From a virus, in the IMG/VR virus record IMGVR_UViG_3300042874_000086, positions 25,673 through 89,672 of that record: a stretch of 64,000 nucleotides of DNA; one strand, given 5' to 3'. The translations under genes and the position numbers were made by a program. Positions 50,393-59,456 of the stretch are shown here, piece by piece (position 1 is the stretch's first letter; the number at the start of each line of letters is the position of its first letter). Below the pieces are notes generated by a model that was not told the DNA's origin, did not search any database, and worked only from the letters and a program-made list of their open reading frames with translations.

Positions 50393-50421
50393 ATTATACA
50401 CAATATTTTAAAGAAAGTCAA
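50393..50421 (-). promoter_or_regulatory. sigma70 promoter for the ncRNA/tRNA transcript
   Basis: TTGACT-N17-TATAAT. Confidence 0.8.
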
Positions 50422-50666
50422 GACTCTTTTAAATCTTTTAATACTTTTTTTAAGATAGTATTTGGTACATTCATAAAGATTAAACCCACATTAGTTTCCC
50501 TAAATATAGGTATTCCCCTGTAAGTAACATAACCACATTTCATATAACACCCGGCACTTCTAGTTGATAAAAAAGAGTTAACAACTGGGTATTTTTTCTT
50601 AAAAACATGGGATATACTTACCCGTAATAATAAGTATTCCATGTAATAGAGTATATACCTAATCAT
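50418..50666 (-). CDS. Hypothetical protein
   Basis: ATGA overlap with the stop of the SLT frame. Confidence 0.45.
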   Translation of the reverse strand: MIRYILYYMEYLLLRVSISHVFKKKYPVVNSFLSTRSAGCYMKCGYVTYRGIPIFRETNVGLIFMNVPNTILKKVLKDLKES

Positions 50667-51222
50667 AGTACACTCCGTGCAAACTTTTTACCTTCGGAAC
50701 AATAACCTTTATACCTATGTACAGCCTCAAACATTTCACCCTCAGATATTTTTAAATAGTGGTTTAATATATAAGCCATAGAGTAAATATTACCCTTGTC
50801 AGTGTGGGGGTTAAAGGGAAGAGCCTTAGAATCCCAAGCTCTAGTATTAATCCCACATAACCCAACTACGTAGGGGAGTGCGTGTTTTCTATGAATGAAA
50901 GAAGACTCGGAATTTGTAAGTTTTCCGAGTAATTCTACTTTCCCACATATTCACACTCCAATAAGCTGCTAGCCTTTATTAATTCTACAGCCTGTTCTTT
51001 TGTAGCACCAGCTTTTATTAAATCATACTCTTGTAGTTGGTAAGCTCTGTAACCCTCTCTATAAAACTCTAATTCACTTTTAATTTTAGATTGTTTATCG
51101 TTATAGGCTAAAATAGTCTCATTAATAATGACAACATTAAATACCAAATATAAACAAAATAAAGCCTCCGCCAAAATAATAATTAATAGAAACTTTGTCC
51201 AATGCTGTTCTAATTTATTCAT
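50663..51222 (-). CDS. Membrane-anchored lytic transglycosylase (SLT-like), read through a -1 frameshift at 50938-50944
   Basis: Frame 0 gives a TM + coiled-coil ORF (51222-50935). The -1 frame gives VELLGKLTNSESSF...GLCGIN...NPHTDKGNIYSMAYILNHY...AVHRYKG, ending at TGA 50663-50665. Confidence 0.7.
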
Positions 51223-51439
51223 AATTTACTCCTTACTTTTTTATTACGCTCGTTATACCCCAAGCCATTTTAAACTCCTTTGTTTACTTTTTGTTCCCAT
51301 TCACTACAACTATAATTTAAATCTATTAGTATAATTGGTGTTTGTGGGTGTTGATTTGTACAAACTTTATACTTTACATCACCCTTTTGATTATACCTTG
51401 TAAAACTGTATTTACAATTTTTACATGAAACTGGTTCCA

Positions 51440-52090
51440 TTAGGAGTCAAACCCAAATAGAATTTGAATATCATCATCCAATGACATACAATCCTCATAA
51501 AAACTCATGTACAACTCAAGGTTATGTATCTTTGTATAAAAAGGTTCATCTTCCCATTTTATTTTAATATAAACGTGGTTGTTTGGGTATTCCTTCTCAA
51601 TTTGTTTTACAGTTTTGCCAAAAACTTCTGAATCAGTTAGCTTTATTACTAAATCACCGTCAATAACCCCACACCAATCAAGGGTATTAAGAGGAACACC
51701 ATCAAGGTATTTTGAATATTCCTCCAAGGTAAAGTAGCCTACTCGCCTAACGATTTGTTGAGCAAGCTCAAAATTTAATCTTAACTCCGCCAAAGTTAGA
51801 TACCCGAAGTCGTGTAAACCCCCCCAAACACCATTAGGGAAATACACACTATCTTCAGTATAGTGGCTAAAGTCAAAATCTTTAGGGAGACCTCGTTCTT
51901 TCACAAATGAATTAATCCCACTAACTTTAGAGCTTGTATACCCATTACGGACACTTGCAAGTACCGTAAAGAAATCATAGTCTCTTTCTCGGAAATGTGG
52001 AGGTAACTCAAAGTATTCCCAAGCTTTTTCTTGGGTTGTATGGTTAACCGTAACTTTCTTCCTCATAACTATATTAATATCCGTTCCCAT
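51440..52090 (-). CDS. Conserved phage hypothetical protein
   Basis: MGTDI...RDYDFF.VLASVRN...RGLP.D...LFGFDS pattern. Confidence 0.65.
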   Translation of the reverse strand: MGTDINIVMRKKVTVNHTTQEKAWEYFELPPHFRERDYDFFTVLASVRNGYTSSKVSGINSFVKERGLPKDFDFSHYTEDSVYFPNGVWGGLHDFGYLTLAELRLNFELAQQIVRRVGYFTLEEYSKYLDGVPLNTLDWCGVIDGDLVIKLTDSEVFGKTVKQIEKEYPNNHVYIKIKWEDEPFYTKIHNLELYMSFYEDCMSLDDDIQILFGFDS

Positions 52091-52212
52091 CTTTTACCCT
52101 TTATGGTGTTTTGCTAATAACTTTATAAGAACTTTAATAAGTTCCAACTTACCTCACGTACTTTTTGTTTCAATTATACCAATCAACTCTTAGATGATAT
52201 TCATCTTAGTTC

Positions 52213-52419
52213 CTAACAATATAAATCAGGAAAGTAACAAAAATCATCTGTGATATGACAGAACGGGCACTGGATATTCTCTAAGTCATCCTCCTTAGTA
52301 TCAACCATTATTATGTGACCACAGTTACCACAAGTACAAATATCTATACCTGTTTGGTCTAGTATTTTATGAAACCTATCAGCTTGTTTTAAAACAAGCT
52401 CTCCAATAACTTCTTTCAT
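52213..52419 (-). CDS. Small Zn-ribbon protein
   Basis: TCGNCG...CPFC; AAGGAG RBS. Confidence 0.6.
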   Translation of the reverse strand: MKEVIGELVLKQADRFHKILDQTGIDICTCGNCGHIIMVDTKEDDLENIQCPFCHITDDFCYFPDLYC

Positions 52420-52439
52420 GTTTACTCCTTTAGAGCCTA

Positions 52440-52468
52440 ATTATAACACAAATCTTAAAAATTGTCAA
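52440..52468 (-). promoter_or_regulatory. sigma70 promoter
   Basis: TTGACA-N17-TATAAT. Confidence 0.85.
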
Positions 52469-52503
52469 AGCCCTATTTTAGGGGGTTTGATTGATGGCGT
52501 GAG

Positions 52504-52555
52504 GCTTGTCCCAAGACCTATCACTTGTTTACTCCTTTGAGGAACCTTAACTTAC
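52504..52555 (-). repeat. Dispersed element copy 2 (inverted relative to copy 1)
   Basis: 52/52 match to the reverse complement of 28339-28390. Confidence 0.9.
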
Positions 52556-52610
52556 CTAATAGGTTTTAATATATCTATAATAAGAGATACTATAAAGTAA
52601 GTATATATTT

Positions 52611-52913
52611 TCAACCACTTGTTCCTGTGTAGTAGTCAAACTCTGCACCCTCTGAATTGTAGTTACGAGTACAGGGGTCACCAACTCTATCACACCATTC
52701 TTGTTTTTCATCAATCCTTTGGTAAATACACCCTACACAACTATTTAGAGACTCCAAACATTTTAAGCGACTCCTGAAAAGTTCCACCGAAACTATGTTA
52801 AGTGTTTCATTTTCTTTTTTAAGGTGTTCAATATAACCTCTAACAGCCTTTAATTCCTTCTTAACTTGTCTAAGCTCTTTTTTGGTATTATGTAATTCCT
52901 GTGCCAAGCGCAT
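52611..52913 (-). CDS. Hypothetical coiled-coil/Cys protein
   Basis: ORF with SCVGCIY motif. Confidence 0.5.
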   Translation of the reverse strand: MRLAQELHNTKKELRQVKKELKAVRGYIEHLKKENETLNIVSVELFRSRLKCLESLNSCVGCIYQRIDEKQEWCDRVGDPCTRNYNSEGAEFDYYTGTSG

Positions 52914-52929
52914 AGCACCTTCATTAACT

Positions 52930-53328
52930 TTAATCGTTAAAGTACCCTATATTATTCTTAATACCTAGTACCGAGCCTCTACGTTCCAATAGGTACATTT
53001 TATTATCTTTCAACAAAACGTAAGTAGCCTCTTTGATGGGGGTTCCAAGTTTTGTTAAACGAAACTGTTGGTGCGTATAAGGATTATAAGTAATTTCATC
53101 AATTATTTTGAAATCACCCTTATGATATGGTACGTAACCAGCACACCCAACCTTAGCGTGTACGTTTTTTCTTTTGGTGTCCAGTACAACTTGTCTACGT
53201 TTTTCAGAAACTTTGAAGGTTGCTCTGAAACATACTGAACAAGTTGGGTGGTCTACAACTTTGTTTTTGTGTTGAACACTGAACGTTCCAGTATGTAAAT
53301 TTCTATAAAAATAAAACTTTGCTCTCAT
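52930..53328 (-). CDS. Conserved phage hypothetical protein
   Basis: YRNLH...FSV...FKVSE..RQ.V...RKNVHA...TYNPY. Confidence 0.65.
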   Translation of the reverse strand: MRAKFYFYRNLHTGTFSVQHKNKVVDHPTCSVCFRATFKVSEKRRQVVLDTKRKNVHAKVGCAGYVPYHKGDFKIIDEITYNPYTHQQFRLTKLGTPIKEATYVLLKDNKMYLLERRGSVLGIKNNIGYFND

Positions 53329-53432
53329 CTTAACTCCTTTATATTTCGTATATACCCCTCAGCGTCATTTCTAGGTACCTAGAAGCAACGATTACGTAGA
53401 CCGTAGTGTGTTGATATTACTTTGGGTATAAA

Positions 53433-53651
53433 TTATGTTCTAGGGCTTGTATTTAAGTCTTCTAGACTTTCTTGTTTTCCATCTAAGTAAACAGAAACTG
53501 TGCCCGCTATTAAAATTTCAAGCTCTCTATAAATTGGGTCATCCGAATTTCCCCATACAAGGTACGGATGTCCAACTACAAATACTCCCATATAAGTACC
53601 ATTATCAAACCTAGCGGCTACGTATAAGCCAGTCTCTTTGTTTGCAATCAT
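53433..53651 (-). CDS. Hypothetical protein
   Basis: AAGGG RBS. Confidence 0.45.
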   Translation of the reverse strand: MIANKETGLYVAARFDNGTYMGVFVVGHPYLVWGNSDDPIYRELEILIAGTVSVYLDGKQESLEDLNTSPRT

Positions 53652-53660
53652 TTTGACCCT

Positions 53661-53987
53661 TTAACCATTTACACGAAGCGCTGAACACCCCACGGTTTTT
53701 CCAAACTCATTTTTAATAGCTTTAAAGGTAGCTACAACATCTTTACGGTGAGGCAGTTTCTCTCTGACGTAATTGAGAACTGGTGCTGACACAATAAGCA
53801 TAACACCCTCTTCTGCTTTAGGGAGACCCGCAATATCTGTAAATTCAATTTCATAGATTGGTACGCCATCAACTATGCCTATTAAGTTTTGCTGTTGTGT
53901 AACTTTTACTGGACTATTTGCATGTGGGATTGTTACCCCAAGTGGTAATAAGTCTACCGAGTGTGCCGTTAAGTTTATAAATTTCAA
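53661..53987 (-). CDS. Conserved phage hypothetical protein
   Basis: INLTAH...GLP...IVS...R.DV...G..VGC motif. Confidence 0.6.
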   Translation of the reverse strand: MKFINLTAHSVDLLPLGVTIPHANSPVKVTQQQNLIGIVDGVPIYEIEFTDIAGLPKAEEGVMLIVSAPVLNYVREKLPHRKDVVATFKAIKNEFGKTVGCSALRVNG

Positions 53988-54262
53988 TTTTTATCCTTTT
54001 GTTTTACGAGGTGCCAATGGTGGTCTTTTCCACTTATAACACGATTAACTATATCTTCTTGGGTATACCCAAGGAACCTTAGGAAATTAGTCATTCTCTC
54101 ATTTTCATAAGTTAAATCTTCTATTCCCTCTAAATTTTCCAACACCTCAAGTTTCAAATCTTTTGTAGATTTTTCGAGGTAGTCAATATATCTATTCATT
54201 TCGTTGATTTCCCCCGACAATCCCTTACCTATACTATTATCAAGTATGTCAGACCTTTTCAT
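53984..54262 (-). CDS. Hypothetical protein
   Basis: AAGGGG RBS. Confidence 0.5.
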   Translation of the reverse strand: MKRSDILDNSIGKGLSGEINEMNRYIDYLEKSTKDLKLEVLENLEGIEDLTYENERMTNFLRFLGYTQEDIVNRVISGKDHHWHLVKQKDKN

Positions 54263-54272
54263 ATTAACCCCT

Positions 54273-54533
54273 TTAATTTATTTTAATATCTGGACATTCT
54301 TTACGAATGTTCTTTAAAGTGTAAATGGCATATAAGTCCTCCTCTTTTGATATGGGGCACCCAAATTTTTGTTTATCTGCCAATTTTGATAGGGACATTA
54401 TAGCATTTTCACAACTTAATGTGTTGTCTACATAAACTAAATCAACATAAAATTCAAACTGCCAATCAAGTATTTTGCAGTTATTTTGGTTTGCCAACAG
54501 TAAAACTGGAAGTAGTAATAAAAGTACTTTCAT
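54273..54533 (-). CDS. Small secreted Cys-containing protein
   Basis: Signal peptide MKVLLLLLPVLLLA and four Cys. Confidence 0.55.
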   Translation of the reverse strand: MKVLLLLLPVLLLANQNNCKILDWQFEFYVDLVYVDNTLSCENAIMSLSKLADKQKFGCPISKEEDLYAIYTLKNIRKECPDIKIN

Positions 54534-54955
54534 TCGTTATCCTTCGGTTCATAATAATCAATAGCAATGCGTTTACAATTTATACAAGTATGTGAATTTG
54601 CTATTAATTCTGAATATTTACCCCCATTACAACTCTTTGATTCATCTGTGTATTTATCAACATATTTGCTATGTGTAAAATCTTTAGATAATTCTTTATT
54701 ATCAGATTCTAATTCTTTGATACGACCTAATAATTCATTAACTTGTATAGCATAAACATCTCTTAAATTGTCCCAACAATCATTACTACACATTTCAACT
54801 TCAACGCCTTCTACCCATTCATGCAATACATCAGCATACGGGTGACGATTAGTTCCTTTAGGGATACATACATTTGATTCAAAGAATTTATCTAAAAATC
54901 CTTTTATTTCATATTCTGAATCATAAAATTCGTTGTATAAACCCTCTTTAGTCAT
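54530..54955 (-). CDS. Hypothetical protein
   Basis: AAGGA RBS; RHPYADVLHEW.EG motif. Confidence 0.5.
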   Translation of the reverse strand: MTKEGLYNEFYDSEYEIKGFLDKFFESNVCIPKGTNRHPYADVLHEWVEGVEVEMCSNDCWDNLRDVYAIQVNELLGRIKELESDNKELSKDFTHSKYVDKYTDESKSCNGGKYSELIANSHTCINCKRIAIDYYEPKDNE

Positions 54956-54966
54956 AGTTTATCCTT

Positions 54967-55101
54967 TTATTTTATGTATATTCCATGTTTTGATAGTAAG
55001 TTTTTTGTTAATAAAAACACCTGTAATAAGTCATGTGGTTCCATGTCTTTAATCTGCTCAAGTATTAGTTCAAGCACTAGTCCGGACTGTTCTATATTCA
55101 T
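54967..55101 (-). CDS. Small hypothetical protein (44 aa; not in the ORF track)
   Basis: AAGGGGTTTAAG-ATG RBS shared with other early genes; palindrome upstream. Confidence 0.5.
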   Translation of the reverse strand: MNIEQSGLVLELILEQIKDMEPHDLLQVFLLTKNLLSKHGIYIK

Positions 55102-55152
55102 CTTAAACCCCTTTAGTATTTTTAAAAAGTTCCATGTGGAACTTTTAAGTTG

Positions 55153-56091
55153 TTAAGCGTACTGCCAAGTACACCCACCTGCTTTTGTACGGATACCTTT
55201 ACAAACCTTTGTAATGTTTGTGGCAAAGATACCAGTTTTTGTTTCAGCTTCTGCGGCGGAGGCATAAACTACTTTTACATTTTTACCCTTCTCATTGGTA
55301 ACCAACATAACTGCTTTACCCTCTTTAGGGATTTCAACTTTTGATTGTTTATAAACTTTAATATCACGAAGTACATCAAAGTTACTTGCTTTATCAGTGA
55401 CATCCTCAATTATTTCATAATCACATACCCGCATTTTAGTATCATTGTAGTCAGCCGGAATTGATACAACATCTCGTGGGTTTACCTTACAAGCCATGAT
55501 ACGATTCCCTGAACATGACCCGAAGTGTTTTAGGTATGAATAACTGCAAACATGAAGCCCATCAGAACAAGTTACTTGGGAGTTCTCATTAACCATATTA
55601 CGAGGCATACTTGGTTTCGCACCTACTGAATTATCAATAGTACCTGTGTAAATATCTTTGTAGTTTGGGCGTACTTTTTTATAAACCACAAAATGCCCGT
55701 CTTCTGTAATGGGGATTCCACCTTTTTCCAAAAACTGGTAGAGTTCCTTAACAGCTCTGTACGAAGGGTTCTCCATCAGATTGCTCAAGAAATTTATAAG
55801 AGGGTTAATATTAAACCCAGATTCCATTAAATCAAATAACTTGTCTACCACATAGTTATGTAGCTCCTTGCCTTTGTAGAGCACAACACCATCCTTGACC
55901 TCAACAGTACCATTAGAATATACTTCAATAGCTTTAGAAATATTGATGAGATTTAGAAGTTCTTCTTCGTCTGCCCCACGTTTGATTGCTTCAAGCACCT
56001 GTGTGTAATTTACATGTGTTGTATCAACAACTTTTGGAATTCCATCCAAAAGCACCGTAATTGAATTTTGTGAGATAATATAGTGTACCAT
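55153..56091 (-). CDS. rIIB-like protein with C-terminal NUMOD1-like HTH
   Basis: FLSNLMENPS...ELYQFL...PITEDGHFVVYKKV...TCSDGLHV...KVNPRDVVSIPADY..KMRVC; tail ITKVCKGIRTKAGGCTW. Confidence 0.85.
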   Translation of the reverse strand: MVHYIISQNSITVLLDGIPKVVDTTHVNYTQVLEAIKRGADEEELLNLINISKAIEVYSNGTVEVKDGVVLYKGKELHNYVVDKLFDLMESGFNINPLINFLSNLMENPSYRAVKELYQFLEKGGIPITEDGHFVVYKKVRPNYKDIYTGTIDNSVGAKPSMPRNMVNENSQVTCSDGLHVCSYSYLKHFGSCSGNRIMACKVNPRDVVSIPADYNDTKMRVCDYEIIEDVTDKASNFDVLRDIKVYKQSKVEIPKEGKAVMLVTNEKGKNVKVVYASAAEAETKTGIFATNITKVCKGIRTKAGGCTWQYA

Positions 56092-56092
56092 C

Positions 56093-58276
56093 TTAGACTC
56101 CTTGTTTTGTTTTAGTATTATAACAAGAATCAATCATTTTGGCAATTGATTCCACCTGAGATTTATGGGTAGAATTAACACAACTAAGCATATCGTACTT
56201 CTTCATAACCTCCTCAATTTTAGGGTCTTTAAATTCTTTCTTAACCACCTTTAAAAATGGAAGATTTTTTTCGATATTACCTTGGTCTAGGTATGGGGTT
56301 CTTGTGAGTTGCTCACCAGATTCCAACAAACTTTTCACAGCATTAATGTAGTCCTTCGGTAAGTTCATATTTACCAAATCAACCAATCTTGAGCGGTATT
56401 CATGTTGATACTTTTTAAGTAAAGCGTCCCCCACCATGGTTACAGTGCCGATTTCCCGTTTTAGAAAATCTTCATAATGTTCTCCAAACTTTGTAAAGGA
56501 TTTCTGTGTCTTACTGACAATAATAATAATCAAATCTTTATCATACTTTACTTGGTCAAGTACGGTTTTAATTGTGTTTAAAATTCTTGATGTTGAAAAT
56601 TGTTCATAACCATCAAAGTTTCGGTTAGCCAAATTATAGTCACCAGTACCATATTTAGGGATGTAAATTATTTTAGTTTTTGTATCCCCATTGACTTGTA
56701 TATTATCATTGAGGGTAAAAACACCAGCCGTACTATTTGATTTATCTACAGCAAGTACAGTTTTAACTGTGTTTAAAATTCTCGATGTTGAAAATTGTTT
56801 ATAACCACCACAGTTTTGGTATTTAGTTTTTGTATCCCCGTTGACTTGTATATTATCATTGAGGGTAAAAACACCCGTTTTATGGTAATAAGTAGCCCCA
56901 GTGATAGGTGTATATACCCCAGTTGTCCCATTTGATTTATCTATCGCAAGTCCATGCTTTTTTGCTAAGGTACTAGCAAGTTCAATAGTTACCCCACAAT
57001 TTTCGGCAAACTCTTGTATAAACTTAATTTGTTCCTCTTTTTCTATCTTATTTTTACCAGCAATCTCGGGCTGGATAGCCACAATCTTACCTAAATCTCG
57101 TTCTTTGTATAATCCAAGAACTTTATTGGTTAGTTGTTGGTTATCTGCAAAAATAATTATACCAGATAATAAACTTGTAGCGGCGTATGTATCTTTTCGG
57201 AGTCCTCTCCTCCAACTTGTATACTTTAATTGGTATCCATCAAGACCAATTTTAGGGTATGACCCTTGGTACTTAATACCTATCGGGTGGTTCCCACTGT
57301 TTGAAAAAATTGAACGAACACTATATGGCATTTTACCGATTGTATTAACAATTTGTATCAAGTTACCTTTTATATTTTTAGTCATTTCTAGGTACTGGGC
57401 AGTTAACTCCTTAGTAATTTCAGTTTCGAACTTTTTAAGGTTGGTTAAAGTTTCTTTGGTATATGAAAGTCCTTCTCGGCTACCTGACATTTGAACCTCA
57501 CCAGTTTCTGCCGAAACTACTAATCCTTGTATTTCAAGATTAGGTAAGGAATACGTAGAACAATCAATAGGGTATGCAACATTTGCCATAACTACAACAG
57601 GATTAGTCGATTCTTCAAAAATCTTCCAATTCTTGCCTTGGAAGATTGGTTTTGTAAAATCAGGGTACTCCAAATCTTGGTTACACTTAGGTTTTACTCT
57701 AAAGTGGCTATAAACGTTTACTGCTGAACGGTAAAAGTCATTAATATCTTGAACTTGAATAGGCACTGAAACTTCAACACCATTTGGTTCGTCTGTTTTA
57801 AACTCACCCAACTTTGCAATAGAAGGAACACCCGCGTCACTGAATACTGAATAGATTGACTTAGTACCGTATTGGAATGAAGTCAAAGTAAACGCACCAC
57901 CTTGAGTATATGCAAAAGGAGACTTTGAACCTACCCCTAAAGCTCCATTAAAGGCATTTGAGCCACGTTTGGAAGAACTCCCCATAGTTGAGTAAAGCTC
58001 GAATACAGTTTCCTCACTCATACCCACTCCAAAATCTCGAATTGAAAAGAAAGGTTCTAACCTAGTTGGTAAGTGTACCTCGAATGGGATATGTTCCATT
58101 CTAGCTTCAATTTGAGCATCCAAAGCATTTGTTGAAAGTTCCCGAACAACTGCCAATGGTTTGTTAGAATATAAACGGCTTGATAGTAAGTCAAACATTA
58201 CACTATTGGCTTCAATCTTACAAGCAACACTTCCTACATTACTTTCAGCTCTTACAACTGTATTTTCAATAATCAT
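56093..58276 (-). CDS. rIIA-like protein (GHKL ATPase N-terminus)
   Basis: LYSNKPLAVVRELSTNALDA, IRDFGVGMS, SSKR..N...G.LGVGSKSPFAYT; adjacent to rIIB. Confidence 0.88.
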   Translation of the reverse strand: MIIENTVVRAESNVGSVACKIEANSVMFDLLSSRLYSNKPLAVVRELSTNALDAQIEARMEHIPFEVHLPTRLEPFFSIRDFGVGMSEETVFELYSTMGSSSKRGSNAFNGALGVGSKSPFAYTQGGAFTLTSFQYGTKSIYSVFSDAGVPSIAKLGEFKTDEPNGVEVSVPIQVQDINDFYRSAVNVYSHFRVKPKCNQDLEYPDFTKPIFQGKNWKIFEESTNPVVVMANVAYPIDCSTYSLPNLEIQGLVVSAETGEVQMSGSREGLSYTKETLTNLKKFETEITKELTAQYLEMTKNIKGNLIQIVNTIGKMPYSVRSIFSNSGNHPIGIKYQGSYPKIGLDGYQLKYTSWRRGLRKDTYAATSLLSGIIIFADNQQLTNKVLGLYKERDLGKIVAIQPEIAGKNKIEKEEQIKFIQEFAENCGVTIELASTLAKKHGLAIDKSNGTTGVYTPITGATYYHKTGVFTLNDNIQVNGDTKTKYQNCGGYKQFSTSRILNTVKTVLAVDKSNSTAGVFTLNDNIQVNGDTKTKIIYIPKYGTGDYNLANRNFDGYEQFSTSRILNTIKTVLDQVKYDKDLIIIIVSKTQKSFTKFGEHYEDFLKREIGTVTMVGDALLKKYQHEYRSRLVDLVNMNLPKDYINAVKSLLESGEQLTRTPYLDQGNIEKNLPFLKVVKKEFKDPKIEEVMKKYDMLSCVNSTHKSQVESIAKMIDSCYNTKTKQGV

Positions 58277-58346
58277 CTTAGACACCTTTATGGTTATATA
58301 TTAAAAGTTCTATATGGAACTTTATAGTTTAAGTTTAAATTCCTTT

Positions 58347-58377
58347 AAGGAGTAAACAAGTGATAGGTCTTGGGACA
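58347..58377 (+). repeat. Dispersed element copy 3 (31-bp core)
   Basis: AAGGAGTAAACAAGTGATAGGTCTTGGGACA is identical to copies 1 and 2; downstream CAATCAAACCCC..AAAATAGGG is shared with copy 2. Confidence 0.88.
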
Positions 58378-58433
58378 GACATAATGTCGCCAATCAAACC
58401 CCACAAAATAGGGGGTTCAAATTTTCAGTTCGT

Positions 58434-58802
58434 TTAAGGTTCAGCGATGATATTTCCATCTTCGTCTACTAAACCTGCTTCTTCCAGACGTTTCCACAAT
58501 TCATTTGAGATGGGTTCTGAAGCTATCAAAAACAATTCATTCATAGTTTCATCATCCATACCTTTAAGTACCCATTCCATAAGTCTGGAAATCTTCTTAA
58601 ACTTATTACTTTTTTCAAAGAACTCCGAGGTATTCATCATTGACATAGCCACCATTACTGTGGCAATCTTTTCGTCCCATGTAAACTCAACTGAACCTTT
58701 TTCAAGGATACGTTTGACCCTATCAACAATTACTACATTTGCTTTAAAATCTTCAGGAACTCCTAAGGATTTTGTAATATTTTTTGTACCATGATTAAAC
58801 AT
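58434..58802 (-). CDS. Hypothetical protein
   Basis: ORF in the early operon. Confidence 0.5.
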   Translation of the reverse strand: MFNHGTKNITKSLGVPEDFKANVVIVDRVKRILEKGSVEFTWDEKIATVMVAMSMMNTSEFFEKSNKFKKISRLMEWVLKGMDDETMNELFLIASEPISNELWKRLEEAGLVDEDGNIIAEP

Positions 58803-59049
58803 AGACTTTACCCTTCATGTGAATTTCAAGTACAGTATCTTTATTTACTGCACGGTAGTCGTGTTTTTTAACATCGTAGATTGTGATAAATTTATCACGA
58901 CTAAGGGTAGATTCCCCACCTCGTAATTTTGAGGTTACGCCTAAGCGACCATTAAGATTTCTAATAGTTCCATCTTTTTTAACAAAACGGATTGTAAGGA
59001 TTTTATCTCCAGCCTCTTCCATCAGTCTTTCAAGTGTAGCTTTATTCAT
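58795..59049 (-). CDS. Conserved phage protein (SH3/WYL-like, DUF2693-like)
   Basis: FVKKDGTIR.LNGRLGV...IYDV....YRAVN. Confidence 0.6.
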   Translation of the reverse strand: MNKATLERLMEEAGDKILTIRFVKKDGTIRNLNGRLGVTSKLRGGESTLSRDKFITIYDVKKHDYRAVNKDTVLEIHMKGKVYV

Positions 59050-59131
59050 TTTATCCCCTTTAGGTTTTTAAAAAGTTCCATGTGGAACTATATGGTTGGT
59101 ATAAGAACAACTAATATTTATGAACAGTGAC

Positions 59132-59160
59132 ATTATAACATAATATTATATAAATGTCAA
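59132..59160 (-). promoter_or_regulatory. sigma70 promoter
   Basis: TTGACA-N17-TATAAT. Confidence 0.85.
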
Positions 59161-59169
59161 GAGTATTAT

Positions 59170-59397
59170 TCAAAATTTTGATAATACAGATAAATTAAAG
59201 TCCAACTTTTGTAGATTAGTGCCATTATATTCCCTATTCCACACACATTTTTTGGTTCTACGACAGTAAATCAGGTACATTGGTGAGTCAAAATGACTTT
59301 TATACACCCTATACTCCCAATTTTCATAAACTTTAGATAATTGAGGGGTAATAAAACTCTGTTTATTTCCGTCCTCTTTTAGTAGAAATGTTTTCAT
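59170..59397 (-). CDS. Hypothetical protein
   Basis: AAGGGA RBS; palindrome upstream. Confidence 0.5.
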   Translation of the reverse strand: MKTFLLKEDGNKQSFITPQLSKVYENWEYRVYKSHFDSPMYLIYCRRTKKCVWNREYNGTNLQKLDFNLSVLSKF

Positions 59398-59456
59398 TAT
59401 ATCCCTTTAGGTTTTAAAAAGTTCAATATGGAACTCCCACAAGTGGGTATGGAACT

